A stretch of 64,000 nucleotides of DNA, taken from Bariatricus sp. (lineage in GTDB: Bacteria; Bacillota; Clostridia; Lachnospirales; Lachnospiraceae). The notes under the pieces are model-generated. The model did not search any database. It was not told the DNA's origin and saw only the letters and a program-made list of their open reading frames with translations. Of the stretch, positions 47,953 to 57,493 are shown in pieces. Position numbers and translations under genes: made by a program. Every line of letters starts with the position of its first letter. Positions within the stretch are counted from its first letter, which is position 1. Location: positions 85,760-149,759 of the forward strand of contig JBJENH010000106.1 in the NCBI GenBank assembly GCA_051880095.1. The letters are read 5' to 3'.

Positions 47953-48462
47953 TTGAATATTGCTGCAACAGGTATGTCAAGAAAAACAATAAGAGAAATT
48001 GCTGGTATTGTTAGAAAATCGTGTGGATGTGATGATAAACCATATTTCCCGATTGCACAGTTTATCGAATTTGTTTTGGGAAATCCTGACAATCCGGAAT
48101 TCAATTATGAAATAGTTGATCCGAACGAGATGGAAGATATGTATGGGAATACAAATACCGGAACAAATACCATGAGGATTCGAAGTGATGTATATGAGAG
48201 AGCGGTAAAGGGCGTTCCACGGGATAGATTTACGCTATGTCATGAGTTGGGTCATTATCTATTACATCGACCGGAAATGATGTCATATGCAAGGGGAGAA
48301 GTTCCGAGATACTGTAATCCAGAATGGCAGGCGAACACTTTTGCGGGAGAACTAATGGCGCCATACAATTTAACCAAAAATATGAGCGTCGATGAAATAA
48401 TGAAAAGATGTGGTATGTCCAGACAAGCAGCAACAATTCAATATGGTGAATATCATAAGTGA
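47953..48462 (+). CDS. ImmA/IrrE-family metallopeptidase
   Basis: RDRFTLCHELGHYLLH (HEXXH), EWQANTFAGELMAP. Confidence 0.88.
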   Translation: MNIAATGMSRKTIREIAGIVRKSCGCDDKPYFPIAQFIEFVLGNPDNPEFNYEIVDPNEMEDMYGNTNTGTNTMRIRSDVYERAVKGVPRDRFTLCHELGHYLLHRPEMMSYARGEVPRYCNPEWQANTFAGELMAPYNLTKNMSVDEIMKRCGMSRQAATIQYGEYHK

Positions 48463-48489
48463 TGTAATCGGCAGAAATGTCTTACATAG

Positions 48490-48602
48490 AAAAAACCAAG
48501 CGCACGAGACGCTTGGCGCTTACCGATTGGAACTAGTCCGTACGGTCAGTTTTACTTTTTCCTAGACAGTTAAAGTATAGCACGGATAATTCCTTTTGGC
48601 AA
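48490..48602 (-). ncRNA. Promoter plus ~80-nt antisense RNA between irrE and the micropeptides
   Basis: TTGCCA(48602-48597)-17-TGcTATACT(48579-48574); terminator CCAAGCG/CGCTTGG followed by T6. Confidence 0.6.
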
Positions 48603-48630
48603 GTGAAAAACCGAAAGGAGGAGTAGGTGC

Positions 48631-48765
48631 ATGTATATCATAAGAGCTTCTATAACATTGAAAGATGGAACGAAAATTTATGCGCGTGATTACGGCAAAA
48701 GAGGATTCCCTATCTGGATTGGTCCAGGGCCGGAACCGATTAAAGTAAAACATGTGCATTGTTAA
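48631..48765 (+). CDS. 44-aa micropeptide MYIIRASITLKDGTKIYARDYGKRGFPIWIGPGPEPIKVKHVHC
   Basis: SD GAAAGGAGG; not in track. Confidence 0.65.
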   Translation: MYIIRASITLKDGTKIYARDYGKRGFPIWIGPGPEPIKVKHVHC

Positions 48766-48830
48766 TTTTAAGAGTATATGTAACTGACCCATATACTTTC
48801 CAGACGAAAAAAGGAAGGAGAGTATTGGAT

Positions 48831-48950
48831 ATGGCAAAAACAAAGTCAAGCACACGCGGTGTACAGAATAAAAAAATTGTTGTAGTCAAAGGGTATACCA
48901 GAAGCGATGGAACACATGTGAAAAACCATAGAAGATCAACACCAAATTAA
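48831..48950 (+). CDS. 39-aa basic micropeptide MAKTKSSTRGVQNKKIVVVKGYTRSDGTHVKNHRRSTPN
   Basis: SD AAGGAG; V.GYTR.DGT.V..H.RS.PN motif; followed by terminator at 48959-48998. Confidence 0.7.
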   Translation: MAKTKSSTRGVQNKKIVVVKGYTRSDGTHVKNHRRSTPN

Positions 48951-48954
48951 TTAA

Positions 48955-49116
48955 AACCAAAACGGTCTCTAATCTATACGAGGATGAGACCGTTTTTTGT
49001 TTTAAAATATGTGAATAAACGGAGGAAGGGGAGCATGTGTGAATGCTCCCCTAACTCCAATCATCATCTCTTAAGTTTAGCATGCAACAAATTTATGTTG
49101 CAAATGTAGTGTAGCA
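48955..49116 (-). ncRNA. Putative small RNA near attR
   Basis: Extended -10 TGcTACACT (49116-49108); hairpins at 49083-49102 and 49028-49051; TTCCTCC segment; shares the bidirectional terminator. Confidence 0.4.
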
Positions 49117-49222
49117 CAAATGTTGCGGTGTGTGACATTTTCGATAAAAATAGATGTTTTTCGATAAATTTCGATGTTTCATATTGCATCATCTTTGGTT
49201 GAATTGCTTCTTATTTAATTGT

Positions 49223-49249
49223 AACGGTTAGTAACACGTTAGTGACAAA
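49223..49249 (+). repeat. Integrase arm-type site (right)
   Basis: AACGGTTAGTAACACGTTAGTGACAAA, one mismatch to 8552-8578. Confidence 0.75.
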
Positions 49250-49284
49250 AATGCCGAAAAACCGCGAAAAATCAGCAAAAAAAT

Positions 49285-49299
49285 TTAAATGAAAATTAA
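49285..49299 (+). repeat. attR core TTAAATGAAAATTAA
   Basis: Identical to 8415-8429. Confidence 0.85.
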
Positions 49300-49365
49300 G
49301 AAAACTCCCCGCATGCTCTTAAAAAATCTCTGGTAATCTTGTATACTGTAGAGGAGGTGATGAAG

Positions 49366-50061
49366 ATGTCTACAATTTTAGTTTGTGACGATGATAAAGA
49401 TATCGTAGATGCGATTGATATTTACCTGACCCAGGAGGGATATCGGGTGTTAAAAGCTTATAATGGAGAAGAAGCAATCAAAGTTTTGAAGGAGAATGAA
49501 GTGGATCTTCTGATCATAGATGTCATGATGCCCCGCCTTGACGGAATCAGGGCGACCTTGAAGATTCGGGAAGAGATGAGTCTGCCGATCATCATTCTAT
49601 CGGCGAAATCAGAAGACGCAGATAAGATTCTGGGGCTGAATATCGGTGCGGACGACTATATGACGAAACCGTTTAATCCGCTTGAATTGGTGGCAAGAGT
49701 GAAATCTCAGCTACGCCGCTATACCCAGCTTGGAAGTACTTCAAAAGAAGACAGCAAATATGAGTTTAAAACCGGAGGTCTGGTCATCAGGGATGATTTG
49801 AAACTGGTGACAGTAGATGGCGAGACGGTCAAACTGACTCCGATTGAGTATAATATTTTGCTTTTGCTGGTCAAAAATCAGGGAAAAGTATTCTCGATCA
49901 ATCAGATTTATGAAAACATCTGGAATGAGGAGGCAATCGGCGCAGATAACACGGTTGCGGTACATATCCGGCATATTCGTGAAAAGATAGAGATCAATCC
50001 AAAGGAACCTCGCTATCTTAAAGTTGTCTGGGGGGTAGGCTATAAAGTAGAGAAACTATAA
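49366..50061 (+). CDS. OmpR-family response regulator
   Basis: ILVCDDD, LIIDVMMP, LSAK, DDYMTKPF, wHTH VWGVGYK; SD GGAGG. Confidence 0.93.
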   Translation: MSTILVCDDDKDIVDAIDIYLTQEGYRVLKAYNGEEAIKVLKENEVDLLIIDVMMPRLDGIRATLKIREEMSLPIIILSAKSEDADKILGLNIGADDYMTKPFNPLELVARVKSQLRRYTQLGSTSKEDSKYEFKTGGLVIRDDLKLVTVDGETVKLTPIEYNILLLLVKNQGKVFSINQIYENIWNEEAIGADNTVAVHIRHIREKIEINPKEPRYLKVVWGVGYKVEKL

Positions 50062-50076
50062 TCAGGAGGCGGCAGT

Positions 50077-52680
50077 ATGAATAAATGGTATAAGAGTGCG
50101 CCATGTAAAGGAGTTCTTCTTGTGCTGGAACATCTGATGGCGTCAACTGCGGCGGTCTGTCTCGTGTGGCTGCTGACCTGCTATATGAATGGCGGTATGG
50201 CGGCAATTTTGGATAAACCGGAGCAGGAATACGAAAACTCCAAAGCTTTTGAAGAACAGCTTCAGGGAGTTGCAATGGACATAATCTGGGCCGAACCCAG
50301 AATGGAGGAATTTGAAACAGAAGGCGTCTATGATGAGAATAAGACGGTAGACATCCGAGAATATCTGGACGATGGGACGATCTCCGGTGAGAATCAAAGC
50401 GGACTGGCGTACAGACTTGGCGATCTGTATGAATGGGGAATAACCGGGATATATGGAAATTATGGAGCATCTGAGGACATTGATAAGAAAATCATAGTCT
50501 GCAAGCGGGAAGACGGAACATATCAGTATTTTTATCAGGATGATTTTCAGAAAATGCTCGAGGAAGGTTCGCTGAGATTTTCTACGATGGAAGAGGCAGA
50601 GAAATCTTTTGGATTAGGGTCGCAGGAAGACGTGCTTTGGGCATTGTTAAATGGAGAAAGAGGTTTTGAGAGTCTGTTTAAAAACCTTCTGGACAGTGAA
50701 GGGAGAATTGCATTTACCAGTTTCTGGTTGTATGACGGTTATATGGTGGAAGAAACATATCAACCGCTGGGAGTTGCGAATCTGGTGGAGCTGGTGAACA
50801 CGGACCCGAGATGGAATGGCAAGCTGAACGAAGCGATGGATGCGATCACACAAGCAGTGGACCAGATTAATCATGAAGTCGATAACTGCCGGACGATCCT
50901 GAATGAGTGGTCGGAAGGAAATTCGAATCTTTATTATATCCTGGTGGACAGAAAAACCGGGAAAATCTATTCCAACCGCGCAGAAATCCTGAAAATGTCA
51001 GATTGGGAATCGGGAATCGAGTACACCAAGAAATATGGAAAGTATGTGGTAGTTACCCCGAAACTTGCCGAATTTGATAGTAATATGAAGAAAACGGCAA
51101 CGGTATGGAAAAATGTGATTTCTTCTTTTATATGGACCAATGACTATGTTTGCGCATTTGCAGTTGATACCACATATCCGGTTCAGGATCAGTTTTATCA
51201 GGAAAATGAAGTATATAGTGAATATGCGCCAATGTACAGAACGGTGTTTGGAATCGGATTAACGTCGGGGATTCTGTTTTTGATCTGCATGACGTGGCTT
51301 ACGATCATATCCGGTCGTTCTAACCGTGAAGAGGGAATCTGCCTGCTTGCGATCGACAGGATGAAAACAGAAATATTCATCGTAATTGCAGGAGGTGCAT
51401 GTGCTCTGGCCGTTGCGGCTGTTGCTTCGGTATGTTATTCGATCTTCGGCCAGGGATATTATCATTATACGACATCGACAACCACCAGTTCGACATCCTA
51501 CGCAATTTCCAACGGATATATTTTGTGGACGTGGGATAGTATCATATTGTTGGGCATGGCTTTTATGCTGCTCTGCGCGGCAGCTTCGATCTTGTGGTTT
51601 GGAATGACAAGAAGAATCAAAGCACATACGATCTGGAAAAACAGCCTTTTCTGCTGGATATGCAGGTTCATAAAAATGATGTTTTCCAATATCAATGTAT
51701 TATGGGGGACATTGGCCGGATTTGGAGTGTTTATTTTGATTCACTGGTTTGCCATCGGCTGGTCGTGGAGAGGACCTTTCTGGTTCTTCGTTATGCTGGC
51801 GGCGGAAGCAGTGGCGCTTGTTGTAGTGGTTCGCTCTGCACTCGGGCGCAGCAGGATCAGAAAAGGAGTTTCTGCGATAGCCGAGGGACAGGTTGATTAT
51901 CAGATTCCGCTGAATGGGCTGAACGGTGAGCAGCGGGAAGTGGCGGAACAGATCAACAAGATTGGAGACGGATTGGACCGTGCGCTGGAAGCAAGTATGA
52001 AAAATGAGCGGATGAAAACAGATTTGATCACCAATGTTTCACATGACATCAAGACTCCGCTGACTTCTATCATCAATTATGTGGAACTTCTGAAACGAGA
52101 GAATTTTGAGGATCCGAAGATACAGAATTATCTCCAGATCCTGGAAGAAAAGGCATTCCGCCTGAAAACACTGACGGAAGATGTGGTGGAAGCTTCAAAG
52201 GTCAGCAGCGGCAATATTAAACTGGAGAAAATGAATCTGAATCTGGTAGAACTGGTCAATCAGACCTATGCGGAACTGGAAGAAAAATTTACAGACAGGA
52301 ATCTTCATCTGGTTATAAATCTTCCGGAGGAACCGGCAGTCATATTTGCTGACGGCAGAAGAATGTGGCGCGTATTGTTCAATGTATTTAATAATGCGGC
52401 GAAATATGCGATGGAGGGTACCAGAGTGTACGTTGATCTGATGACCGTGGGACAGGAGGTTCGTTTTACTCTGAAAAATGTGTCGGAACAGCCTTTGAAC
52501 ATTTCCGCGGATGAATTGACAGAACGTTTTATCCGGGGAGATGTATCGCGGAGTACGGAAGGCAGTGGCCTGGGATTGTCGATCGCAAAGAACCTTACCG
52601 AATTGCAGGGAGGTACATTTGAATTATATCTGGATGGAGATTTATTTAAGGTATTGATCTGTTTCCCGAAAGCTGAATAG
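50077..52680 (+). CDS. Membrane sensor histidine kinase
   Basis: Multiple TMs, NVSHDIKTPL, FNNAAKY, GSGLGLSIA. Confidence 0.92.
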   Translation: MNKWYKSAPCKGVLLVLEHLMASTAAVCLVWLLTCYMNGGMAAILDKPEQEYENSKAFEEQLQGVAMDIIWAEPRMEEFETEGVYDENKTVDIREYLDDGTISGENQSGLAYRLGDLYEWGITGIYGNYGASEDIDKKIIVCKREDGTYQYFYQDDFQKMLEEGSLRFSTMEEAEKSFGLGSQEDVLWALLNGERGFESLFKNLLDSEGRIAFTSFWLYDGYMVEETYQPLGVANLVELVNTDPRWNGKLNEAMDAITQAVDQINHEVDNCRTILNEWSEGNSNLYYILVDRKTGKIYSNRAEILKMSDWESGIEYTKKYGKYVVVTPKLAEFDSNMKKTATVWKNVISSFIWTNDYVCAFAVDTTYPVQDQFYQENEVYSEYAPMYRTVFGIGLTSGILFLICMTWLTIISGRSNREEGICLLAIDRMKTEIFIVIAGGACALAVAAVASVCYSIFGQGYYHYTTSTTTSSTSYAISNGYILWTWDSIILLGMAFMLLCAAASILWFGMTRRIKAHTIWKNSLFCWICRFIKMMFSNINVLWGTLAGFGVFILIHWFAIGWSWRGPFWFFVMLAAEAVALVVVVRSALGRSRIRKGVSAIAEGQVDYQIPLNGLNGEQREVAEQINKIGDGLDRALEASMKNERMKTDLITNVSHDIKTPLTSIINYVELLKRENFEDPKIQNYLQILEEKAFRLKTLTEDVVEASKVSSGNIKLEKMNLNLVELVNQTYAELEEKFTDRNLHLVINLPEEPAVIFADGRRMWRVLFNVFNNAAKYAMEGTRVYVDLMTVGQEVRFTLKNVSEQPLNISADELTERFIRGDVSRSTEGSGLGLSIAKNLTELQGGTFELYLDGDLFKVLICFPKAE

Positions 52681-52820
52681 ATCGGGAGATGAGAAACCTT
52701 TCAAAGAGCGGGAGTCCGGCGTAAGCCGGGCTCCTTATTCATGTGAAAACCCCTTGCGTTTCCCACGTTTCCGTTTTACAATATTAAGGTATCTTTGATC
52801 ATGATTCAGAGGAGTATTAT

Positions 52821-53972
52821 ATGGATACGTTAAAATCAGTTTTGGATAAAAGTTTTAATATAGATTTTATTTCAGCGGTTCTCAGTAATCCGCGTGAAAA
52901 GGACGGAACGGTAAAGGTTAAAATCCGCCCGGTCATGAAGCAGGACAGACTGCTTTTTCAATGTGAAGAATACAGGAATAATCAGGCATTTCACCTGAAT
53001 CTGGAGGCAGAAGCGGCTTCGGAATATGTGGAAAACCAGATGAATCATTTTAAACAGATGCAGATGGAAACAAGGCAGTTCCGTTATCAGGTACTTGTCA
53101 GTAAGAAGGGGAAGATGACGATACAGAAGAGGTTGCAGACTGCTGAGGTGAAAGAAGTGAATTACTCGCATAATCGTGCGAAGCACTATATTCTGGAAGA
53201 AGGAAAAGTGGTTCCTTTTCTTCAGGACCTGGGAGTTATGACGAAGACGGGAGAGATTGTGCGGACGAAGTTTGATAAGTTCCGCCAGATCAACCGTTTT
53301 TTGGAGTTTATTGAAGATATCCTGCCCCAGCTTCCAAGGGACAGGGAACTTACGATCCTGGATTTCGGCTGTGGGAAATCCTATCTGACTTTTGCGATGT
53401 ATTATTATTTACATGAGCTGAATGGATATGATATTCGAATCATCGGACTGGATCTGAAAACCGATGTAATTGAAGCCTGCAATCAGCTTGCAAAGAAGTA
53501 TGGATACAGGAAACTGAAGTTTCTGGAAGGAAATATTGCAGATTACACCGGAAGCGATGAGGTGGATATGGTTGTAACGCTCCATGCCTGTGACACAGCC
53601 ACGGATTTTGCGCTCGCGAAAGCTGTTGGATGGAAGGCAAAAGTGATTCTTTCGGTTCCGTGCTGTCAGCATGAGCTCAACGGACAGATGGAAAATGAGG
53701 TGCTCGCTCCGCTGTTTTCCTATGGCCTGATCAAAGAGCGGATGGCCGCCCTTGTGACGGATTCGCTCCGTGCGGAGTATTTAAAAAGAGAAGGTTATGA
53801 TACACAGATTCTGGAATTTATCGATATGGAACATACGCCGAAGAATATTTTGATACGGGCGGTATATACGGGAAAACGGGGAGACAATGATGAGGCGATC
53901 CGTGCATGCGAGGAGCTGCTGCATGTTCAGCCTACGTTGGGTAAATTATTGAAGGGTGAAGTATATGATTAA
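52821..53972 (+). CDS. SAM-dependent methyltransferase
   Basis: ILDFGCGKSYL, LHACDTATD, VPCCQHEL, TPKN. Confidence 0.85.
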   Translation: MDTLKSVLDKSFNIDFISAVLSNPREKDGTVKVKIRPVMKQDRLLFQCEEYRNNQAFHLNLEAEAASEYVENQMNHFKQMQMETRQFRYQVLVSKKGKMTIQKRLQTAEVKEVNYSHNRAKHYILEEGKVVPFLQDLGVMTKTGEIVRTKFDKFRQINRFLEFIEDILPQLPRDRELTILDFGCGKSYLTFAMYYYLHELNGYDIRIIGLDLKTDVIEACNQLAKKYGYRKLKFLEGNIADYTGSDEVDMVVTLHACDTATDFALAKAVGWKAKVILSVPCCQHELNGQMENEVLAPLFSYGLIKERMAALVTDSLRAEYLKREGYDTQILEFIDMEHTPKNILIRAVYTGKRGDNDEAIRACEELLHVQPTLGKLLKGEVYD

Positions 53973-56475
53973 AAAAATAGCGGTACGTGCAGGTGTTCTC
54001 ACTGCAGTGTTTATCACAGCGGTGATTGTGTTCAGTTATCTGACTAATCGCGGGAATACGGATATGAGTGCGGATATGGATGGCGCTACATTACCGAGAA
54101 TTTCTTTTGTGACGGAAGGATATGAGATCAATTCCATTCCGGGGTACAAAAACGATATGGAGATTCCGTCAATGCGTGATACAATAACCCCGGTGAAGAA
54201 TCGTGAGATCGAGCTGCATCTTGAACGATATGACACTAAGGTTCAGAAGCTGACATGGCAGGTTTTTACGCTGGACGGAGAAAAATGCCTTCAGCAGGAG
54301 ACCTTAAAAGAAGTCGGTGACAAGGAAACGCTCAAATTAAAAGGCGATGGCATTCTGGATGAGGAACGAGTGCTCCGCCTTACACTCCATCTGGAGAATG
54401 AGGATATATATTATTATACAAGAATCCGGAATCAGGAAGAGTGTAATTATAAAACATGTCTGGATTTCGCAGGTACTTTTCATGAACGGGCTATGAAGAA
54501 GGAACAGACAGATGAGCTTGAATCCTATCTGGAGACAACATCGGACGGTATGGTTTCTTCTTACCAAACGGTTACCATTCATTCGGATCTGAATCATGTG
54601 ATCTGGGGAGAACTGAGACCTCAGCTTGCGGGAGATGTGTTGTGGGAAGTGAAGGAGTGCAATGAGACTTACACATCGATCTTACTTTCCTATCGTGTGA
54701 GGTGTGCCGGGGTCAGTGATAATCCGGAGGCGTTGTATACGGTGAAAGAATTTTTCCGTGTCAGAGTCGTGGGAGATAAGCAGTACTTAATGGATTACAA
54801 CCGGACAATGACTCAGAATTTTGACGGAACAACGAAGGCACTCGGCAGTAAGGGAATCCTGCTGGGAATTGCACCTGCGGGTCTGGAATACCAGATTAAT
54901 TCAGAGGGCACAATTGTATCTTTCGTGCAGAATAATGAACTGTGGAATTATGACAAAGATGCAGATGAGATGTCTCTGGTGTTCAGCTTTGCCGATGCTG
55001 AAAATGTGGATATCCGCAACTTTTATGACCGTCATGAAATTCATATTGTTTCGGTGGATCAGACAGGAAATACAACATTTACCGTTTCGGGATATATGAA
55101 CCGGGGTACACATGAAGGAGAAACCGGAGTTGCAGTATATTATTTTGACAGTGAGAAGAACTCCGTGGCAGAGAAAGCATTTGTACCAAGCAGCAAAGGC
55201 TATTATGTCATGAAAGAGGAGCTTGGGAAATATGTGTATTACAGCAACAAAAGCGAAATGCTTTATGTGATGATGGATGGGACGCTTTACAGTGTCGATA
55301 TGGAAGAAGATACAAGAGAAGTTCTTGTGAGAGGGCTTGAAGCCGGTCAGTATACGGCTTCGGAAGATGGTCATCTGCTTGCATATCAGGCAACCGGAGG
55401 AAAAGAAAATGAATCGAACAAGATCACGGTTCTGAATCTTCAGACGGGGGATTCTTTTGACATTACCTCGGGAAATGGTGAATATCTTAAGCCGGTAGGG
55501 TTTATTAAGGATGATTTTGCATATGGAACGCTTAGGCCAAATGACGCAGGGCAGACACTTGCAGGACAGTCCGTGTACCCGATGTATAAACTCCAGATCA
55601 TGAATCAGAAGCAGGAAATTGTGAAGACATATGAAGTGGCAGATGTGTATCTGCTGGATGGTTATATCAACGAGAATATGCTTCAGTTGAATCGTGTCAC
55701 GAAAAACGGAAATATTTATACAGCGATAACGCCGGATTATATTACGAATAATGAGGAACAGGCAGAGAGCAACATCAAACTGGAGGCATACACGGAAGAT
55801 GTGCGTCAGCGGGTAATGCGTCTGACCTATGAGGACGGAATCAAGGACAACAATGCCAAACTTCTGAAGCCTAAACAGGTATTGTTCGATAAACCGATGA
55901 CGATCCGGTTCGATGAGTCAAAGATGAGTGGGAAATACTATGTATATGCGCTCGGAGAACTGCAGGGAGTCTATGAACGTGCAAGTTATGCTGTGATAAA
56001 AGCCAATGAAGTGAACGGAGTCGCGGTTTCTTCCAGTCAGGCGTATATCTGGGAAAGAGGCAACTGGCCCACTGTGTACGAGGTGGAAAATATGGAAGAA
56101 TTCCAGGCGGGAGAAGGAGAGAGCACGATGGCTGCCTGCCTGCGGAAAATGCTTCAAAAAGAGGGTAAAACCGCGGATGTGGTGAAAGAGCTGAATGACG
56201 GCAATTCCCCGGAAAACATTCTCAGTACGTATATCGGAGGAGAAGGACTGGATCTGACCGGATGTACAACAGAAGAAATCCTGTATACGATCAGCCGCGA
56301 GACGCCGGTCATCGCGGTATTGGAGAACGGTCATGCGGTGCTGATCATCGGATATAATAAAACGAATATCGCATATCTGGATCCGGCGGATGGGAAGCGA
56401 TACTCGGTTACTTTTGCTGAAATGGAAACCAGAGTCGGAGCAAGTGGAAATACATTTATCGGTTATGTGAAATAG
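53965..56475 (+). CDS. Large membrane-anchored extracellular protein with a C-terminal C39-peptidase-like region
   Basis: N-terminal TM; C-terminal PVIA...HAVLIIGY...YLDP; no obvious catalytic Cys seen. Confidence 0.6.
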   Translation: MIKKIAVRAGVLTAVFITAVIVFSYLTNRGNTDMSADMDGATLPRISFVTEGYEINSIPGYKNDMEIPSMRDTITPVKNREIELHLERYDTKVQKLTWQVFTLDGEKCLQQETLKEVGDKETLKLKGDGILDEERVLRLTLHLENEDIYYYTRIRNQEECNYKTCLDFAGTFHERAMKKEQTDELESYLETTSDGMVSSYQTVTIHSDLNHVIWGELRPQLAGDVLWEVKECNETYTSILLSYRVRCAGVSDNPEALYTVKEFFRVRVVGDKQYLMDYNRTMTQNFDGTTKALGSKGILLGIAPAGLEYQINSEGTIVSFVQNNELWNYDKDADEMSLVFSFADAENVDIRNFYDRHEIHIVSVDQTGNTTFTVSGYMNRGTHEGETGVAVYYFDSEKNSVAEKAFVPSSKGYYVMKEELGKYVYYSNKSEMLYVMMDGTLYSVDMEEDTREVLVRGLEAGQYTASEDGHLLAYQATGGKENESNKITVLNLQTGDSFDITSGNGEYLKPVGFIKDDFAYGTLRPNDAGQTLAGQSVYPMYKLQIMNQKQEIVKTYEVADVYLLDGYINENMLQLNRVTKNGNIYTAITPDYITNNEEQAESNIKLEAYTEDVRQRVMRLTYEDGIKDNNAKLLKPKQVLFDKPMTIRFDESKMSGKYYVYALGELQGVYERASYAVIKANEVNGVAVSSSQAYIWERGNWPTVYEVENMEEFQAGEGESTMAACLRKMLQKEGKTADVVKELNDGNSPENILSTYIGGEGLDLTGCTTEEILYTISRETPVIAVLENGHAVLIIGYNKTNIAYLDPADGKRYSVTFAEMETRVGASGNTFIGYVK

Positions 56476-56502
56476 TAAAAAATAAGAAAGTCAGGTAATA
56501 AT

Positions 56503-57375
56503 ATGAATCATATGGAACGTAATGAATTATGCTGGTGCGGAAGCGGAAAGAAATATAAAAAATGTCATCTTGCCATGGAGGAACGAATTGCATATCACGA
56601 GGAAAAGGGTGAGATTGTGCCGACTCGTGATATTCTGAAAACGATTCCACAGATCGAAGGAATTAAAAAGAGTGCCAGACTGAATACTGCAGTTCTGGAT
56701 CATGTGGCAAAGCACATCCATGCGGGGATGAGCACCGAAGAGATTGACCGTCTTGTTTATGACTTTACCGTGTCACATGGAGGAATTCCGGCGCCGCTTC
56801 ACTATCAGGGATTCCCCAAGAGTGTCTGCACTTCTATCAACAATGAGGTGTGCCATGGGATTCCGGATGAATCCATCATCCTGGAAGAAGGAGATATCAT
56901 TAATGTCGATGTGTCGACGATTCTGGACGGTTATTTTTCAGATGCTTCCAGAATGTTCATGATAGGAAATGTCAGTGACCGTGCAAGAAAACTGGTTGAG
57001 GTTACGAAGGAATGTGTAGAACTGGGACTTGCGCAGGCAAAGCCGTGGAATCATCTCGGCGATATTGCCGATGCGATCAATACACACGCGAAAGCCAATG
57101 GCTATTCGGTGGTGGAAGATATCGGCGGCCATGGAATCGGGCTGGAATTCCATGAAGATCCATGGGTAAGTTATGTGACCCCGAAGGGAAGTGAGATGCT
57201 TCTGGTGCCGGGAATGATCTTCACGATTGAGCCGATGATCAATGAGGGAAGTCCGGATTTCTTTGTCGATGAGGAGAACGAGTGGACGGTTTATACGGAG
57301 GATGACGGCCTTTCCGCACAAGTGGAGTACATGGTGCTGATCACGGAAGACGGAGCAGAGGTCCTTACAAAATAA
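56503..57375 (+). CDS. map: Methionine aminopeptidase with N-terminal SEC-C motif
   Basis: CWCGSGKKYKKCH; HGIPD, DVSTILDGYFSD, GHGIG, FTIEPM. Confidence 0.93.
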   Translation: MNHMERNELCWCGSGKKYKKCHLAMEERIAYHEEKGEIVPTRDILKTIPQIEGIKKSARLNTAVLDHVAKHIHAGMSTEEIDRLVYDFTVSHGGIPAPLHYQGFPKSVCTSINNEVCHGIPDESIILEEGDIINVDVSTILDGYFSDASRMFMIGNVSDRARKLVEVTKECVELGLAQAKPWNHLGDIADAINTHAKANGYSVVEDIGGHGIGLEFHEDPWVSYVTPKGSEMLLVPGMIFTIEPMINEGSPDFFVDEENEWTVYTEDDGLSAQVEYMVLITEDGAEVLTK

Positions 57376-57493
57376 TTCCAAAGAGTCCGCTATTGTTTCT
57401 GGAGAAAGAATCAGTTATAATAAGAGTAATGTGGGCGACGCGAATCGGTATATATCTGTGGTCGCTCAAAAATGACAGAAAGGATGAGGAGCA

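Larger units (their letters stand above)
8415..49299. mobile_element. Temperate siphovirus-type prophage, ~40.9 kb
   Basis: Bounded by identical 15-bp direct repeats; integrase at left end; ordered lysogeny, replication, packaging, head, tail and lysis modules. Confidence 0.95.

Noticed and set aside
57433-57468. Hairpin upstream of pfkA as a possible riboswitch
   Set aside because: Single short stem with no recognisable aptamer motif
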